The position numbers were made by a program, and so were the translations under genes. A DNA stretch of 51,681 bases from a virus (Duplodnaviria > Caudoviricetes). A model generated the notes under the pieces. It did no database searches, was not told the origin of the DNA, and saw nothing but the letters and a program-made list of their open reading frames with translations. This document shows positions 1 to 7,813 of the stretch, in pieces; position 1 is the first letter of the stretch; each line of letters starts with the position of its first letter. The DNA lies in IMG/VR virus record IMGVR_UViG_3300042303_000360, positions 1 through 51,681 of that record; one strand, 5' to 3'.

Positions 1-127
1 CTGGCTTCCCGGTTCTTCCCTAAGCCTTGATTTCCCTAGGGATGGACCCACGGCGCTTCCCGCTGTATCCCTACAGATCCGTGGGAATTGTGGGAACGGT
101 GTGGGAATGAAACTGACCAAGACCATC
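1..127 (+). repeat. 127-bp direct repeat, identical to 51555-51681 (circular-contig overlap)
   Basis: ctggcttccc...gaccatc identical at both ends. Confidence 0.95.
81..107 (+). promoter_or_regulatory. Three GTGGGAA direct repeats; putative integrase arm-type sites overlapping the int start
   Basis: gtgggaattgtgggaacggtgtgggaa; two more copies at 51402-51419 on the other side of the tRNA core. Confidence 0.7.
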
Positions 128-1261
128 ACCGAGGGCGCCGCCCCGCGCGCCCAGCGCTACCGCCTGAACGACAGCCTGGTGCCCGGGCTCACCCTGCTGG
201 TGCTGCCCTCGGGGGCCCGCACCTACTACCTGCGCCACCGCGTCGACGGCCAGCAGCGTGAGCTGAAGCTGGGCACGCCGGTGGAGCTCACCCCCGATCA
301 GGCGCGCGCGCTGGCGCGGGAGGCCCTCGCCCAGGTGCGCGCTGGGGGCGACCCGGCCGAGGAGCGCCGCCGGCGCCGGGAGGCCCCGACGATCGAGGCC
401 CTCGCCGCCCGCCACCTGCAGGCCCACGCCAGCCGGAAGCGGTCAGGTCGCAACGACGAGATCCTCTGGCGGCGACACCTGCTGCCGGCGTTCGGGCGGC
501 TCAAGGTGGCGGCCCTGACGCGCGAGCGGATCCGTGAATGGCACGCCACCCACCCGCAGCCGGCGACCGCCAATCGGGCCCTGGAGGTGCTCGGGGTGGC
601 GATGGGTCTGGCGGAGGACTGGGGCTGGCGGCCAGCCGGCAGCAATCCGGCCCGCGGGGTCAAGGCGCACCAGGAGCGGCAGCGGCGGCGGTACGCCAGC
701 GCGGCCGAGCTCGTGCGCCTGCGTGCTGCACTGCAGCGATGGGAGGAGGCAGGGCCGCTGGCGGTGCGGTGGCGGTTCGCGCAGCTGGTGCGCCTGCTGC
801 TGCTCACCGGCGCGCGCCTGCGTGAGGTGATGTGCGCCGAGTGGGCTTGGATCGACTGGCAGCGGCAGGTGCTGCGGGTGCCAGCTGATCGCGGCAAGAC
901 GGGCGCGGCTGAGATCCAGCTGAGCGATCGCGCCGTGGTGATCCTGCAGGGCCTGCAGGATGCCCAGGCCCTGACTGGGCCCTGCCGGTGGGTGATCCCG
1001 GGCGATGGGGCCCAGGGCCCGCTGGTGGGCTACCGGCGCATGTGGCTGGCCCTGCTGCAGGACGCGGGCATCGAAGATCTGCGGGTGCACGACCTGCGCC
1101 ACACGTTCGCCAGCTACGCCCTGAGCGGCGGCCAGACGCTGGGCACGGTGGGCCAGCTGCTGGGGCACCGGAGCGCGCAGACGACGACGCGCTACGCCCA
1201 CCTGATCACGGAGACGGCGCAGGCGGCGGTGGCGCGGGTGAGCGACGATCTGGGGGTGTGA
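101..1261 (+). CDS. int: Tyrosine integrase with N-terminal arm-DNA-binding domain (start may be ATG 107)
   Basis: Catalytic motifs GARLRE, HDLRH, LGH, TTRY; N-terminus PGLTLLVLPSGARTYYLR; adjacent to a tRNA fragment. Confidence 0.95.
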   Translation: MGMKLTKTITEGAAPRAQRYRLNDSLVPGLTLLVLPSGARTYYLRHRVDGQQRELKLGTPVELTPDQARALAREALAQVRAGGDPAEERRRRREAPTIEALAARHLQAHASRKRSGRNDEILWRRHLLPAFGRLKVAALTRERIREWHATHPQPATANRALEVLGVAMGLAEDWGWRPAGSNPARGVKAHQERQRRRYASAAELVRLRAALQRWEEAGPLAVRWRFAQLVRLLLLTGARLREVMCAEWAWIDWQRQVLRVPADRGKTGAAEIQLSDRAVVILQGLQDAQALTGPCRWVIPGDGAQGPLVGYRRMWLALLQDAGIEDLRVHDLRHTFASYALSGGQTLGTVGQLLGHRSAQTTTRYAHLITETAQAAVARVSDDLGV

Positions 1262-1292
1262 TGAATCAGTACGGCTGCACTGCTTATCAATG

Positions 1293-1628
1293 AGATCGAC
1301 TGCGCCGCAGTGGATCTGCCCCGGTAGTACATCCGCTCACCCCCGATTGTGAACGGATGTAACGCAACCGAGTGTGACACCTGTGGAAATCGAGTTCTCC
1401 ACAGGTACACCCGGATACATTTCGCGAGATCCCTTGCGCCGCAGTGTATCTGGGCGGTAGTACGCCTGACCCATCGGCGGCAATACTGTGCCTGCGTGAT
1501 ACCAAATCAGCCGGACCATGTGCCAGTTGAGGGCCAACCCGTGTGCAGCGTGTGTGCCAGTTCCAGCTTATGTGTGCCACTACGTCACCGGCACACGCCG
1601 CCGAGATCGACTGCGCCGCAAGGGATCT
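1293..1628. repeat. Three 25-bp imperfect palindromes AGATCnnYTGCG-C-CGCARnGnATCT (1293-1317, 1427-1451, 1604-1628)
   Basis: Read directly from the sequence in the non-coding stretch after int. Confidence 0.8.
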
Positions 1629-1720
1629 GGCCAATCTTGGTACGCCCGTACCAGCTAGTCGTGTGCTCCGTGCGGTGACGTTCTGGTGCACACTGATGGG
1701 GCACCACCGCACCACACGCC

Positions 1721-1915
1721 ATGGACATCGCCAACGCACTGATCAAGCTCGCCGAGCTGCACGACGCAGCCGCCGAGATCCCCGCGCTGCTGCAGGCGCT
1801 CCGGGACGCCTACTCCGACGACGAGTGGGAGGCCATGGAGGCCCAGCACCCACGGGTCGCTGATCTGATCAGCGCCTGCTGCGACATCGAGGCCGCAGTC
1901 GGCTACGGCGACTGA
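1721..1915 (+). CDS. Small acidic hypothetical protein
   Basis: 64-aa ORF with GC-rich third codon positions, first of a small + strand cluster. Confidence 0.65.
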   Translation: MDIANALIKLAELHDAAAEIPALLQALRDAYSDDEWEAMEAQHPRVADLISACCDIEAAVGYGD

Positions 1916-1957
1916 GCCGCCCCCCACCGATCCCCACCACACGCCACACACACCGCC

Positions 1958-2182
1958 ATGGAACACACCACCGCCACCGACATCGCCGCCCTGGAGGCGG
2001 AGATCGCCGCCATCGAGGCGGAGGACGCCGCGCAGCGCGCGCGGGTGGGCGCACTGCTCGCCACCGGCAGCAGCGCCGTCCGGCTGGCGGACTGCCGGGT
2101 GATGGCCGAGCAGGCCGCCCGCGAGCTGGCGGTGCAGGAGCGCTACCAGCGCCGCATCAGCCGCGCCATCGAGGCGCCCTGA
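1958..2182 (+). CDS. Small helical hypothetical protein
   Basis: 74-aa ORF in the same cluster. Confidence 0.65.
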   Translation: MEHTTATDIAALEAEIAAIEAEDAAQRARVGALLATGSSAVRLADCRVMAEQAARELAVQERYQRRISRAIEAP

Positions 2183-2307
2183 GCGCCGCCTGCGTGCCCC
2201 TGCGAGGCGCCTCAACGCCGTGCTGCGTGTCTCACGCCGTCACGCGACCTGACGCGCCCCACAGGCGCTCCTGTGCGCCACTCCGTCACATCACCCCACC
2301 ACGCCCC

Positions 2308-2526
2308 ATGACCACTGCGACCAGCACCGCACGCACACGCCGCTACAGGGCCCGCCTGCGGGGCCTGCCTGATCCCGACGCCCCGCAGCCGTGCCCTGAC
2401 TGCGGCCGGCTGGTGCGCAGTCGCCTGACTCGGCCGCTGTGCTCCCGGTGCTGGCGGCGCACACCAGCTGGGCGCGAGGCGAACCGGCTCCGCATGGCGG
2501 CGGCCAGGGCCCGGCAGGACGTGTAA
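2308..2526 (+). CDS. Small basic CxxC...CxxC zinc-finger protein
   Basis: CPDC and CSRC motifs; Arg-rich; ATG 2308 inside the listed ORF 2194..2526. Confidence 0.55.
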   Translation: MTTATSTARTRRYRARLRGLPDPDAPQPCPDCGRLVRSRLTRPLCSRCWRRTPAGREANRLRMAAARARQDV

Positions 2527-2572
2527 AGAAATGTGATATCAGCGCGGCACCTCGCTGCCGCGCCCTTACCTT
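2522..2572 (+). promoter_or_regulatory. Putative promoter: HLR1-like tandem box (TGTAAA/TGTGAT, 10-bp period) plus -10 TACCTT
   Basis: Same architecture as the sites at 42723, 46232 and 48957. Confidence 0.5.
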
Positions 2573-2639
2573 GGGCTCATCGGCAGGCCGAGCGCGCCGC
2601 CGATCACCACCACATCGCCCGGCACTGGCCGGAGGAACC

Positions 2640-3029
2640 ATGCCCATCACCACCATCGCCGGCACCGCTGGCCGCATCACTGGCACCATCACCCGTGGCC
2701 TGATCTGGGCCCACCGCACGATCAACTGGGCCGAGGTGGCAGCCATCGTCCTGCACGGCCTGCAGGTGCTCATCGTGCTCGCCCTGCTGGCCGGCCGCGC
2801 CACACGCCGCCTCTGGGATGCGCTGCCAGGCTGGAGCGAACAGCTGGGGCAGTGCTACCGCCACCTGCTGGTGTCCCGCAGGGCGCCCACCACACCACCT
2901 GCGGTGCATCCCCTGCAGGCCCTGGCCACCGAGCTGGAGCAGCTCAGCCGCTCTGATCTCCAGCGCCTCGCAGGCAGCCGCCGCCGGCTGGCCAAGGCGC
3001 AACTGATCAGCATGGCGCTGGCCTGCTGA
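2640..3029 (+). CDS. Hypothetical membrane protein
   Basis: GGAGG before ATG 2640; hydrophobic segment VAAIVLHGLQVLIVLALLAG. Confidence 0.7.
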   Translation: MPITTIAGTAGRITGTITRGLIWAHRTINWAEVAAIVLHGLQVLIVLALLAGRATRRLWDALPGWSEQLGQCYRHLLVSRRAPTTPPAVHPLQALATELEQLSRSDLQRLAGSRRRLAKAQLISMALAC

Positions 3030-3100
3030 CCGGATCCGCTGACGCGCGGCCCGGTGCCCCTTCAGGGCCGCATACCGTCAGCTGGTGAGACACGAGCGTT

Positions 3101-3131
3101 GCCCCGGGAGGTCGCAGCCCCGGGGTTTTTC
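3101..3131 (+). terminator. Intrinsic terminator where the small-gene cluster meets the late operon
   Basis: GCCCCGGG...CCCGGGGT stem followed by a T-run. Confidence 0.7.
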
Positions 3132-3420
3132 ATGGCCCGCAGAACACATCCGGGCTGCCGGCCGCCACGCTGGTGCAGCCGCTGATCGCATCACCCACGC
3201 GGCCAGCGCCGCGGCCGTTCACGAACACCGTCGTGCTGCCGACAGCGATCGGCGCTGCGTGCGTCGGGCACGGCTCACCCGGCAGCAGGTGCGGCGTGTT
3301 CATGTCGCCTTGGCGGCTCCAGCGGATGCCGTTCACGAAGACGTTGGGGCTGCCCTCGGCCCGGGTCATCCCCGAGCAGTGGGCCACATCAGCGTCGCCG
3401 ATTCGCGTTGCTGCGGGCAC
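3130..3420 (-). CDS. PAAR-domain spike tip protein
   Basis: MPAATRIGD, GSPNVFVNG, GSTTVFVNGRGAGRVGD repeats with His/Cys ligands. Confidence 0.9.
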   Translation of the reverse strand: MPAATRIGDADVAHCSGMTRAEGSPNVFVNGIRWSRQGDMNTPHLLPGEPCPTHAAPIAVGSTTVFVNGRGAGRVGDAISGCTSVAAGSPDVFCGP

Positions 3421-3610
3421 GCTCCACCTGCATCAGTTCCTGCAGTCTGCCAGGCCACAATTCGATCTCAGCGTGCTGCTCGGGCGTGTGCGGCGGCGGC
3501 GGGATCTCAGGCTCAAACCGCACCACGTGATCGAACACCACCGGGATGTCCTCCCACCGGCGGTAGGTGCGCAGCACCCCGCCAACGATCAGGTCGAAGC
3601 GGTGGGCCAC
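3389..3610 (-). CDS. Small hypothetical protein preceding PAAR
   Basis: 73 aa; WEDIP..FDHVVRFEPEIPPPPHT motif; overlaps both neighbours. Confidence 0.75.
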   Translation of the reverse strand: MAHRFDLIVGGVLRTYRRWEDIPVVFDHVVRFEPEIPPPPHTPEQHAEIELWPGRLQELMQVERARSNANRRR

Positions 3611-4035
3611 AGCTCGCGCGGTTCTTTGCCGGTGGCCATCATGCGGCTCAGCCGCTCAGCGCGCTTCCCCACCTGCCGGGCCCACTTGCTGTCCAGCATC
3701 ATGCTGGCGGCCCGGGTGTAGTCGCCCGCCTCGATCGTGGCCAGGGTGCGCTTGAACGACAGCAGGCCCGCGATGCCCAGGTTGAACGCCATGTCCAGCA
3801 GCACCCGCTGCCGCACCTCGTCCAGCTTGGCCACCCACGGCAGCGCCCGCTGCACCTCGCGCCAATGGTCGTCGATGTCGTTGCCGAGCAGGTAGGCAGC
3901 CTCAGCCTTGCTGATGCCGCGGTCCTCCAGGTTGCGACCGATCCCGATCGTCAGCTTGCCCGCTGTGCAGCGGTACGGCTTCAGGCGCTCGCCCTCATGG
4001 AGGCGCAGCTGCCTGATCATCGCGGTGCGATCCAT
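3589..4035 (-). CDS. T4-type (GH24) lysozyme, endolysin
   Basis: HEGERLKPYRCTAGKLTIGIGRN catalytic region; DMAFNLG; DSKWARQVGKRA. Confidence 0.9.
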   Translation of the reverse strand: MDRTAMIRQLRLHEGERLKPYRCTAGKLTIGIGRNLEDRGISKAEAAYLLGNDIDDHWREVQRALPWVAKLDEVRQRVLLDMAFNLGIAGLLSFKRTLATIEAGDYTRAASMMLDSKWARQVGKRAERLSRMMATGKEPRELWPTAST

Positions 4036-4042
4036 CAGGGCC

Positions 4043-4228
4043 TCACTTGCCCAGGAACTTGTCCAGGGGGTTGGTGCTCTTGGGCTTGTGCGGGAACGCC
4101 TGACGAGCGGCGGCCAGCAGCAGCTGCAGAACGCTGTTCGACTTGTACTTGCTCATGCCCAGCAGCTCGCTGGCCACGAACAGCGCCAGGCCGATCAGCT
4201 CTAGATGGGTGCCTTCCATAAACGACAT
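4043..4228 (-). CDS. Putative holin
   Basis: Small hydrophobic protein with a basic C-terminus between two lysins; ALFVASELLG...KSNSVLQL. Confidence 0.6.
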   Translation of the reverse strand: MSFMEGTHLELIGLALFVASELLGMSKYKSNSVLQLLLAAARQAFPHKPKSTNPLDKFLGK

Positions 4229-4239
4229 CGTGCTGCTCC

Positions 4240-4953
4240 TCAAAGGCTAGCGATGATTGCCCACCCGGTCCCAGGACCTTCGACCATCCAGCGTGGCCCC
4301 AGGTTTTTCTTGCTGTACCGGAGCCGGGCGCCCCAGTTGTTGAGGTAGGCACCGCCCACCAGGTCGATCTCACCGAACGGATCGTGCACCACCAGCGCAT
4401 CGTCCGAGTAGCCGATCGCGCAGACCCAGTGGCCGCCGCCCTGGGGCGCCGATACCGGCCCCTTGTGAAGCATGCCGATTGGCACCGGGATGCCCTTGTC
4501 GATCTGCGCCTTCAGGGTGCCCCAGCCAGCGTTGCGGACGAAGTGCGCCTCGATGCCGTAGGACTGCAGCGCCTTGATCTGGCTGGTGGCCTCGGTGGTG
4601 TCGCCGTAGCGCAGCACGCGGCCGAGATAGGCGTCGTCACCATTGGGGCCGGTGAGCGTGCCGGGCTTGAGGGTCTCCAGCAGCATGGCGCAGGAGCTGC
4701 TGAAGCACATCCGAAGCGCGTGCTCAGTGGCCGAGTCGCGCTGGCTGAAGTAGCGGACCTGCAGCGGGTTGGTCAGCTGCCGTGGCGTCTCTTGCTTGCC
4801 TGCTGCGCGCCAGGCCTGCACCCAGTTGGCGTCGGTCTTCTTCAGGCTGGCCGGCACCGCCTCCCACAGCTGCTGAATGGCGGCTCGTTGGTACGGCAGA
4901 TCCTTCCAGTGCTGGAAGTAGGGGACCAGATCCGCGACCAGCTGCTCGCTCAC
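4240..4953 (-). CDS. C39-like cysteine peptidase, probable second endolysin
   Basis: YFSQRD...CFSSSCAM (Cys), GGGHW (His), VHDPFG (Asp). Confidence 0.8.
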   Translation of the reverse strand: MSEQLVADLVPYFQHWKDLPYQRAAIQQLWEAVPASLKKTDANWVQAWRAAGKQETPRQLTNPLQVRYFSQRDSATEHALRMCFSSSCAMLLETLKPGTLTGPNGDDAYLGRVLRYGDTTEATSQIKALQSYGIEAHFVRNAGWGTLKAQIDKGIPVPIGMLHKGPVSAPQGGGHWVCAIGYSDDALVVHDPFGEIDLVGGAYLNNWGARLRYSKKNLGPRWMVEGPGTGWAIIASL

Positions 4954-5216
4954 TGTTGCTCTGGCGGCTGCGCCTCCAGGATAGTCACGCGCCGATCGAG
5001 GTCCAGCATCTTGGTCTCGATCTTGCTCACATCCGATCGGCTCTCGTTCATCAGCACCACCACCTGCTGCTGATCCTTGCGCAGCTCAGCCAGCTGGATC
5101 TGAACGTTGACGAGCATCGTGGCCAACAGGCCAATGCCACCAATGATGGCCGCAGGCAGCGCCTGGCCCATGCCGGACAGGAACGTGTTCCACCCGTTCG
5201 GGCGTTGGTCGGCCAT
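4950..5216 (-). CDS. Single-TM coiled-coil lysis-region protein (holin/haemolysin-like)
   Basis: One hydrophobic helix followed by a coiled coil; position in the lysis cassette. Confidence 0.6.
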   Translation of the reverse strand: MADQRPNGWNTFLSGMGQALPAAIIGGIGLLATMLVNVQIQLAELRKDQQQVVVLMNESRSDVSKIETKMLDLDRRVTILEAQPPEQQ

Positions 5217-5240
5217 GGTCGCCCCGCGCTACATGAAAGT

Positions 5241-6656
5241 CTATTTCAAGCGCCAGAACTCGGGCCCACGGCCGTAGTAGCTGGTGTAACCATTGGGCGA
5301 TGCCACCCAGCTGAAGGTGCCCCGGCTGGAGCTGTTGCTGATGATCGTGCCATCGGGCTGCACGATGCCGATGTGGGGATAGGGCGGGCTGCCGTTGTCG
5401 CGCATGATCGCAATGGCGCCAGGCTCCGGGCCAGCCAGCAGTGTGCCGCCGCCCCTGGCCAGGGCTGCCCGCGCATCGGGCACGTAGTTGCTGTTCCCCC
5501 ATGGTGGCGTGAGGCCCGCCTTGCGCAGCACCTTGTTCACCGCATAGACGCAGGCGTTGTTCGCGCCGCCCGGGCCGCCCTTGGTGCTCATGCCGCGGCT
5601 GCTGCTGGCCGCGCTGCTGAGCAGCCTGGCCTTCTCAGTGGCGGGCTTGCCGTTGTTGGCGCCTGCACCACCGGCCCAGTCGCTGTCGCCTTCCCCCTGC
5701 GTACCGCACTCAACGGTGGTCGTGTAGCCCCCGCTGCCATACTCGTGCATCACCGATTTGATGTTCCAGGTGCCGTCCACATAGGCGCGGAAGCCCTGCA
5801 GTGTGACCAGGCCCTCGGCGTTGATCTGCGGGCGGCCGGGCATCTGCAGGCTGATGCGCACCTCGCCAGCCTTGAGCGATTGCAGGCGGCTCTCGGCTGC
5901 GGCCTTGGCCTCGGCCTGGCTGCGAAACAGCTGCTTCTCCTGGTAGACGGGCAGCGGGCCCTTTTCGCCGAAGGTCTCGATCTTCTCCTTGTTCAGCTTG
6001 CGGTCCAGGTACTTCACCTTCACCTGGCCGTAGGCCCCGCGGTTCTTGAGGGTGCACCGCCAGCTGCTCACCTCGCTGGCGCTGATCGCCACGGTGCCGC
6101 CGATGCCCGCACCACGCGGCACGATCACCAGCTTGCCGTCAGCTGGCTTGATCGTGGCCTTGTATTTCTCAGCCAGGCGCGTGAGGAACGACTGATCGCT
6201 CTCGTTGGTCTGGTCCTCGTGCTTGATCTGCGCGCTGCCAATGCCACCCTGCAGCACCACCTGCAGGCCGTTGCGCTTGCCAATCTCCTGCGCAATCGCG
6301 CCCAGGGTGGTGCCGTGCCAGCTCTGGGTGCGCTGCTCCTTCACCAGCTCCGGGGCCGTCTGCGCAGCCGTGGCCTTGATCACCATGCTGCGCGGGCCGT
6401 TGCTCAGCTCAACCTCATCCACAGCGAACGCGCCCATGTAGGCAGGCAGCTGGCCGCCGGTGCTGTAGCCCAGCCACAGGCGCAGCCAGCTGCCCGACCG
6501 AGGCACGGGGAGGAGAGCGCCGCGATCATCCAGTGCGATCTCGAGGCTGTCGCTCTGCTGGCCAGCCTGGTCGTTGATCCTGATGCTGAGCAGGCGGTCA
6601 GCCATCGCCGCCGTCACATCGGATCCGTCAGCAACAATCCTGAACGCTGGTTTCAT
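5241..6656 (-). CDS. P2 GpD-like baseplate hub with an extra C-terminal Cys/His peptidase-like domain
   Basis: DQAGQQSDSLEIALDD, DQTNESDQSFLTRLA; C-terminal ACVYAVN...PGAI...HIGIV. Confidence 0.85.
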   Translation of the reverse strand: MKPAFRIVADGSDVTAAMADRLLSIRINDQAGQQSDSLEIALDDRGALLPVPRSGSWLRLWLGYSTGGQLPAYMGAFAVDEVELSNGPRSMVIKATAAQTAPELVKEQRTQSWHGTTLGAIAQEIGKRNGLQVVLQGGIGSAQIKHEDQTNESDQSFLTRLAEKYKATIKPADGKLVIVPRGAGIGGTVAISASEVSSWRCTLKNRGAYGQVKVKYLDRKLNKEKIETFGEKGPLPVYQEKQLFRSQAEAKAAAESRLQSLKAGEVRISLQMPGRPQINAEGLVTLQGFRAYVDGTWNIKSVMHEYGSGGYTTTVECGTQGEGDSDWAGGAGANNGKPATEKARLLSSAASSSRGMSTKGGPGGANNACVYAVNKVLRKAGLTPPWGNSNYVPDARAALARGGGTLLAGPEPGAIAIMRDNGSPPYPHIGIVQPDGTIISNSSSRGTFSWVASPNGYTSYYGRGPEFWRLK

Positions 6657-6865
6657 TGATCCCAGATCCTGAGCACTTCGGTGGTCTCAGGCTGCGGCAG
6701 ATCCGGCAGCAGGATCGTCATGCCAGGCGGCAGGATCGGCAGCATGTCGGCCAGGCCAGGGTTCGCCACCAGCACGGCCTCGACTGTCTGCTGGGTGCGC
6801 CCGTAATAGCGCCAGCAGATGTCGTCAAGCTCATCGAATTGCTGCGTGATGTATTGCTGTGCCAT
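6653..6865 (-). CDS. P2 GpX-like tail protein (LysM-like)
   Basis: LDDICWRYYG...VEAVLVANPGLAD. Confidence 0.9.
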   Translation of the reverse strand: MAQQYITQQFDELDDICWRYYGRTQQTVEAVLVANPGLADMLPILPPGMTILLPDLPQPETTEVLRIWDQ

Positions 6866-6868
6866 GGC

Positions 6869-7813
6869 CTAGCTGATGGTGGTGATGGTGGTGCGCACTG
6901 CGGCGGTGATCTTGGGGTCCACGTTCATCACGTCGATCACAGTGCCCGCGCTGCGCAGCAGCTGCTGTGCCGCCTGCAGCTGCGCCTGCGGCACCAGGCC
7001 CGGCAGGCTGCCCGGGCCCCTGCCCTGCACGATCTCCAGCGCCACAGCCAGAGCCTGGGGCCCGCGGCCCTGCTGGTAAGCCTGGCTCAGGTGGGCGGCA
7101 TTGACGCCCACCTGGGCCCACTGCGGCGCCTTGCTGGGGTCAATGCCCAGCATGCCAAAGGCGCGCAGGGCACCGCCCACGTAATCGCCCCGGGCCGCCA
7201 GGCTGGCGCCTGCTGCTGCGGTGCTGACCAGCGTGGCCACCTGGCCCAGGTTGAACCCTGCGGCCTTGGCCTGTGCCGCCACGGCAGCGGTCTGCGGGGC
7301 CTTGGCCAGGCTGCCCAGATCAAAGGCTGAGCCACCAGCGAAGAACGACGGCAGGCCGCCGGCCAGGGCATTGGCCAGGCTGCTGCCGGGCTGCACGCTC
7401 AACGGGCTGGCGGCCTGGCCCGGGTTGTCCTCGCCGTAATAGACCAGCGACACGTTGAACCCGATCTGGCGGGCACCGCCACCAGGCGCGAACACCTCCT
7501 TGGTCTCGCGCAGTTGCTTGATCACCCACCGCCCGTAGACCTTGCCCAGGCCATCGGTGAACATCAGCGGGTTGCCCTGCCGTGCCAGGGTGCGCAGCTC
7601 CTCGAGCGTGTTCTGCCTGCCGCTGAACCCAGGGAACAGCACACCGTCGAGGGTGATCTGCTGGGCGCCAGGGCCCACGAACTGATTGGCCGGATCACGC
7701 CCTAGCCGATCCTGCTGCTCCCAGCGGAAGTCGGCGCTGTGATCCACCGTCTGGGGCACGCCATTGGGCAGGCTGAACTGAAAGCTGCCCAGCTGATACA
7801 GGGGCCTAGTCAT
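6869..7813 (-). CDS. P2 GpU-like tail protein with a long C-terminal extension
   Basis: LGSFQFS...QFVGPG..ITLDGVLFP...DGLGKVYGRWVI. Confidence 0.85.
   Translation of the reverse strand: MTRPLYQLGSFQFSLPNGVPQTVDHSADFRWEQQDRLGRDPANQFVGPGAQQITLDGVLFPGFSGRQNTLEELRTLARQGNPLMFTDGLGKVYGRWVIKQLRETKEVFAPGGGARQIGFNVSLVYYGEDNPGQAASPLSVQPGSSLANALAGGLPSFFAGGSAFDLGSLAKAPQTAAVAAQAKAAGFNLGQVATLVSTAAAGASLAARGDYVGGALRAFGMLGIDPSKAPQWAQVGVNAAHLSQAYQQGRGPQALAVALEIVQGRGPGSLPGLVPQAQLQAAQQLLRSAGTVIDVMNVDPKITAAVRTTITTIS

Noticed and set aside
1293-1628. CRISPR array
   Set aside because: Only three degenerate palindromes, with gaps of 109 and 152 nt, and no cas genes
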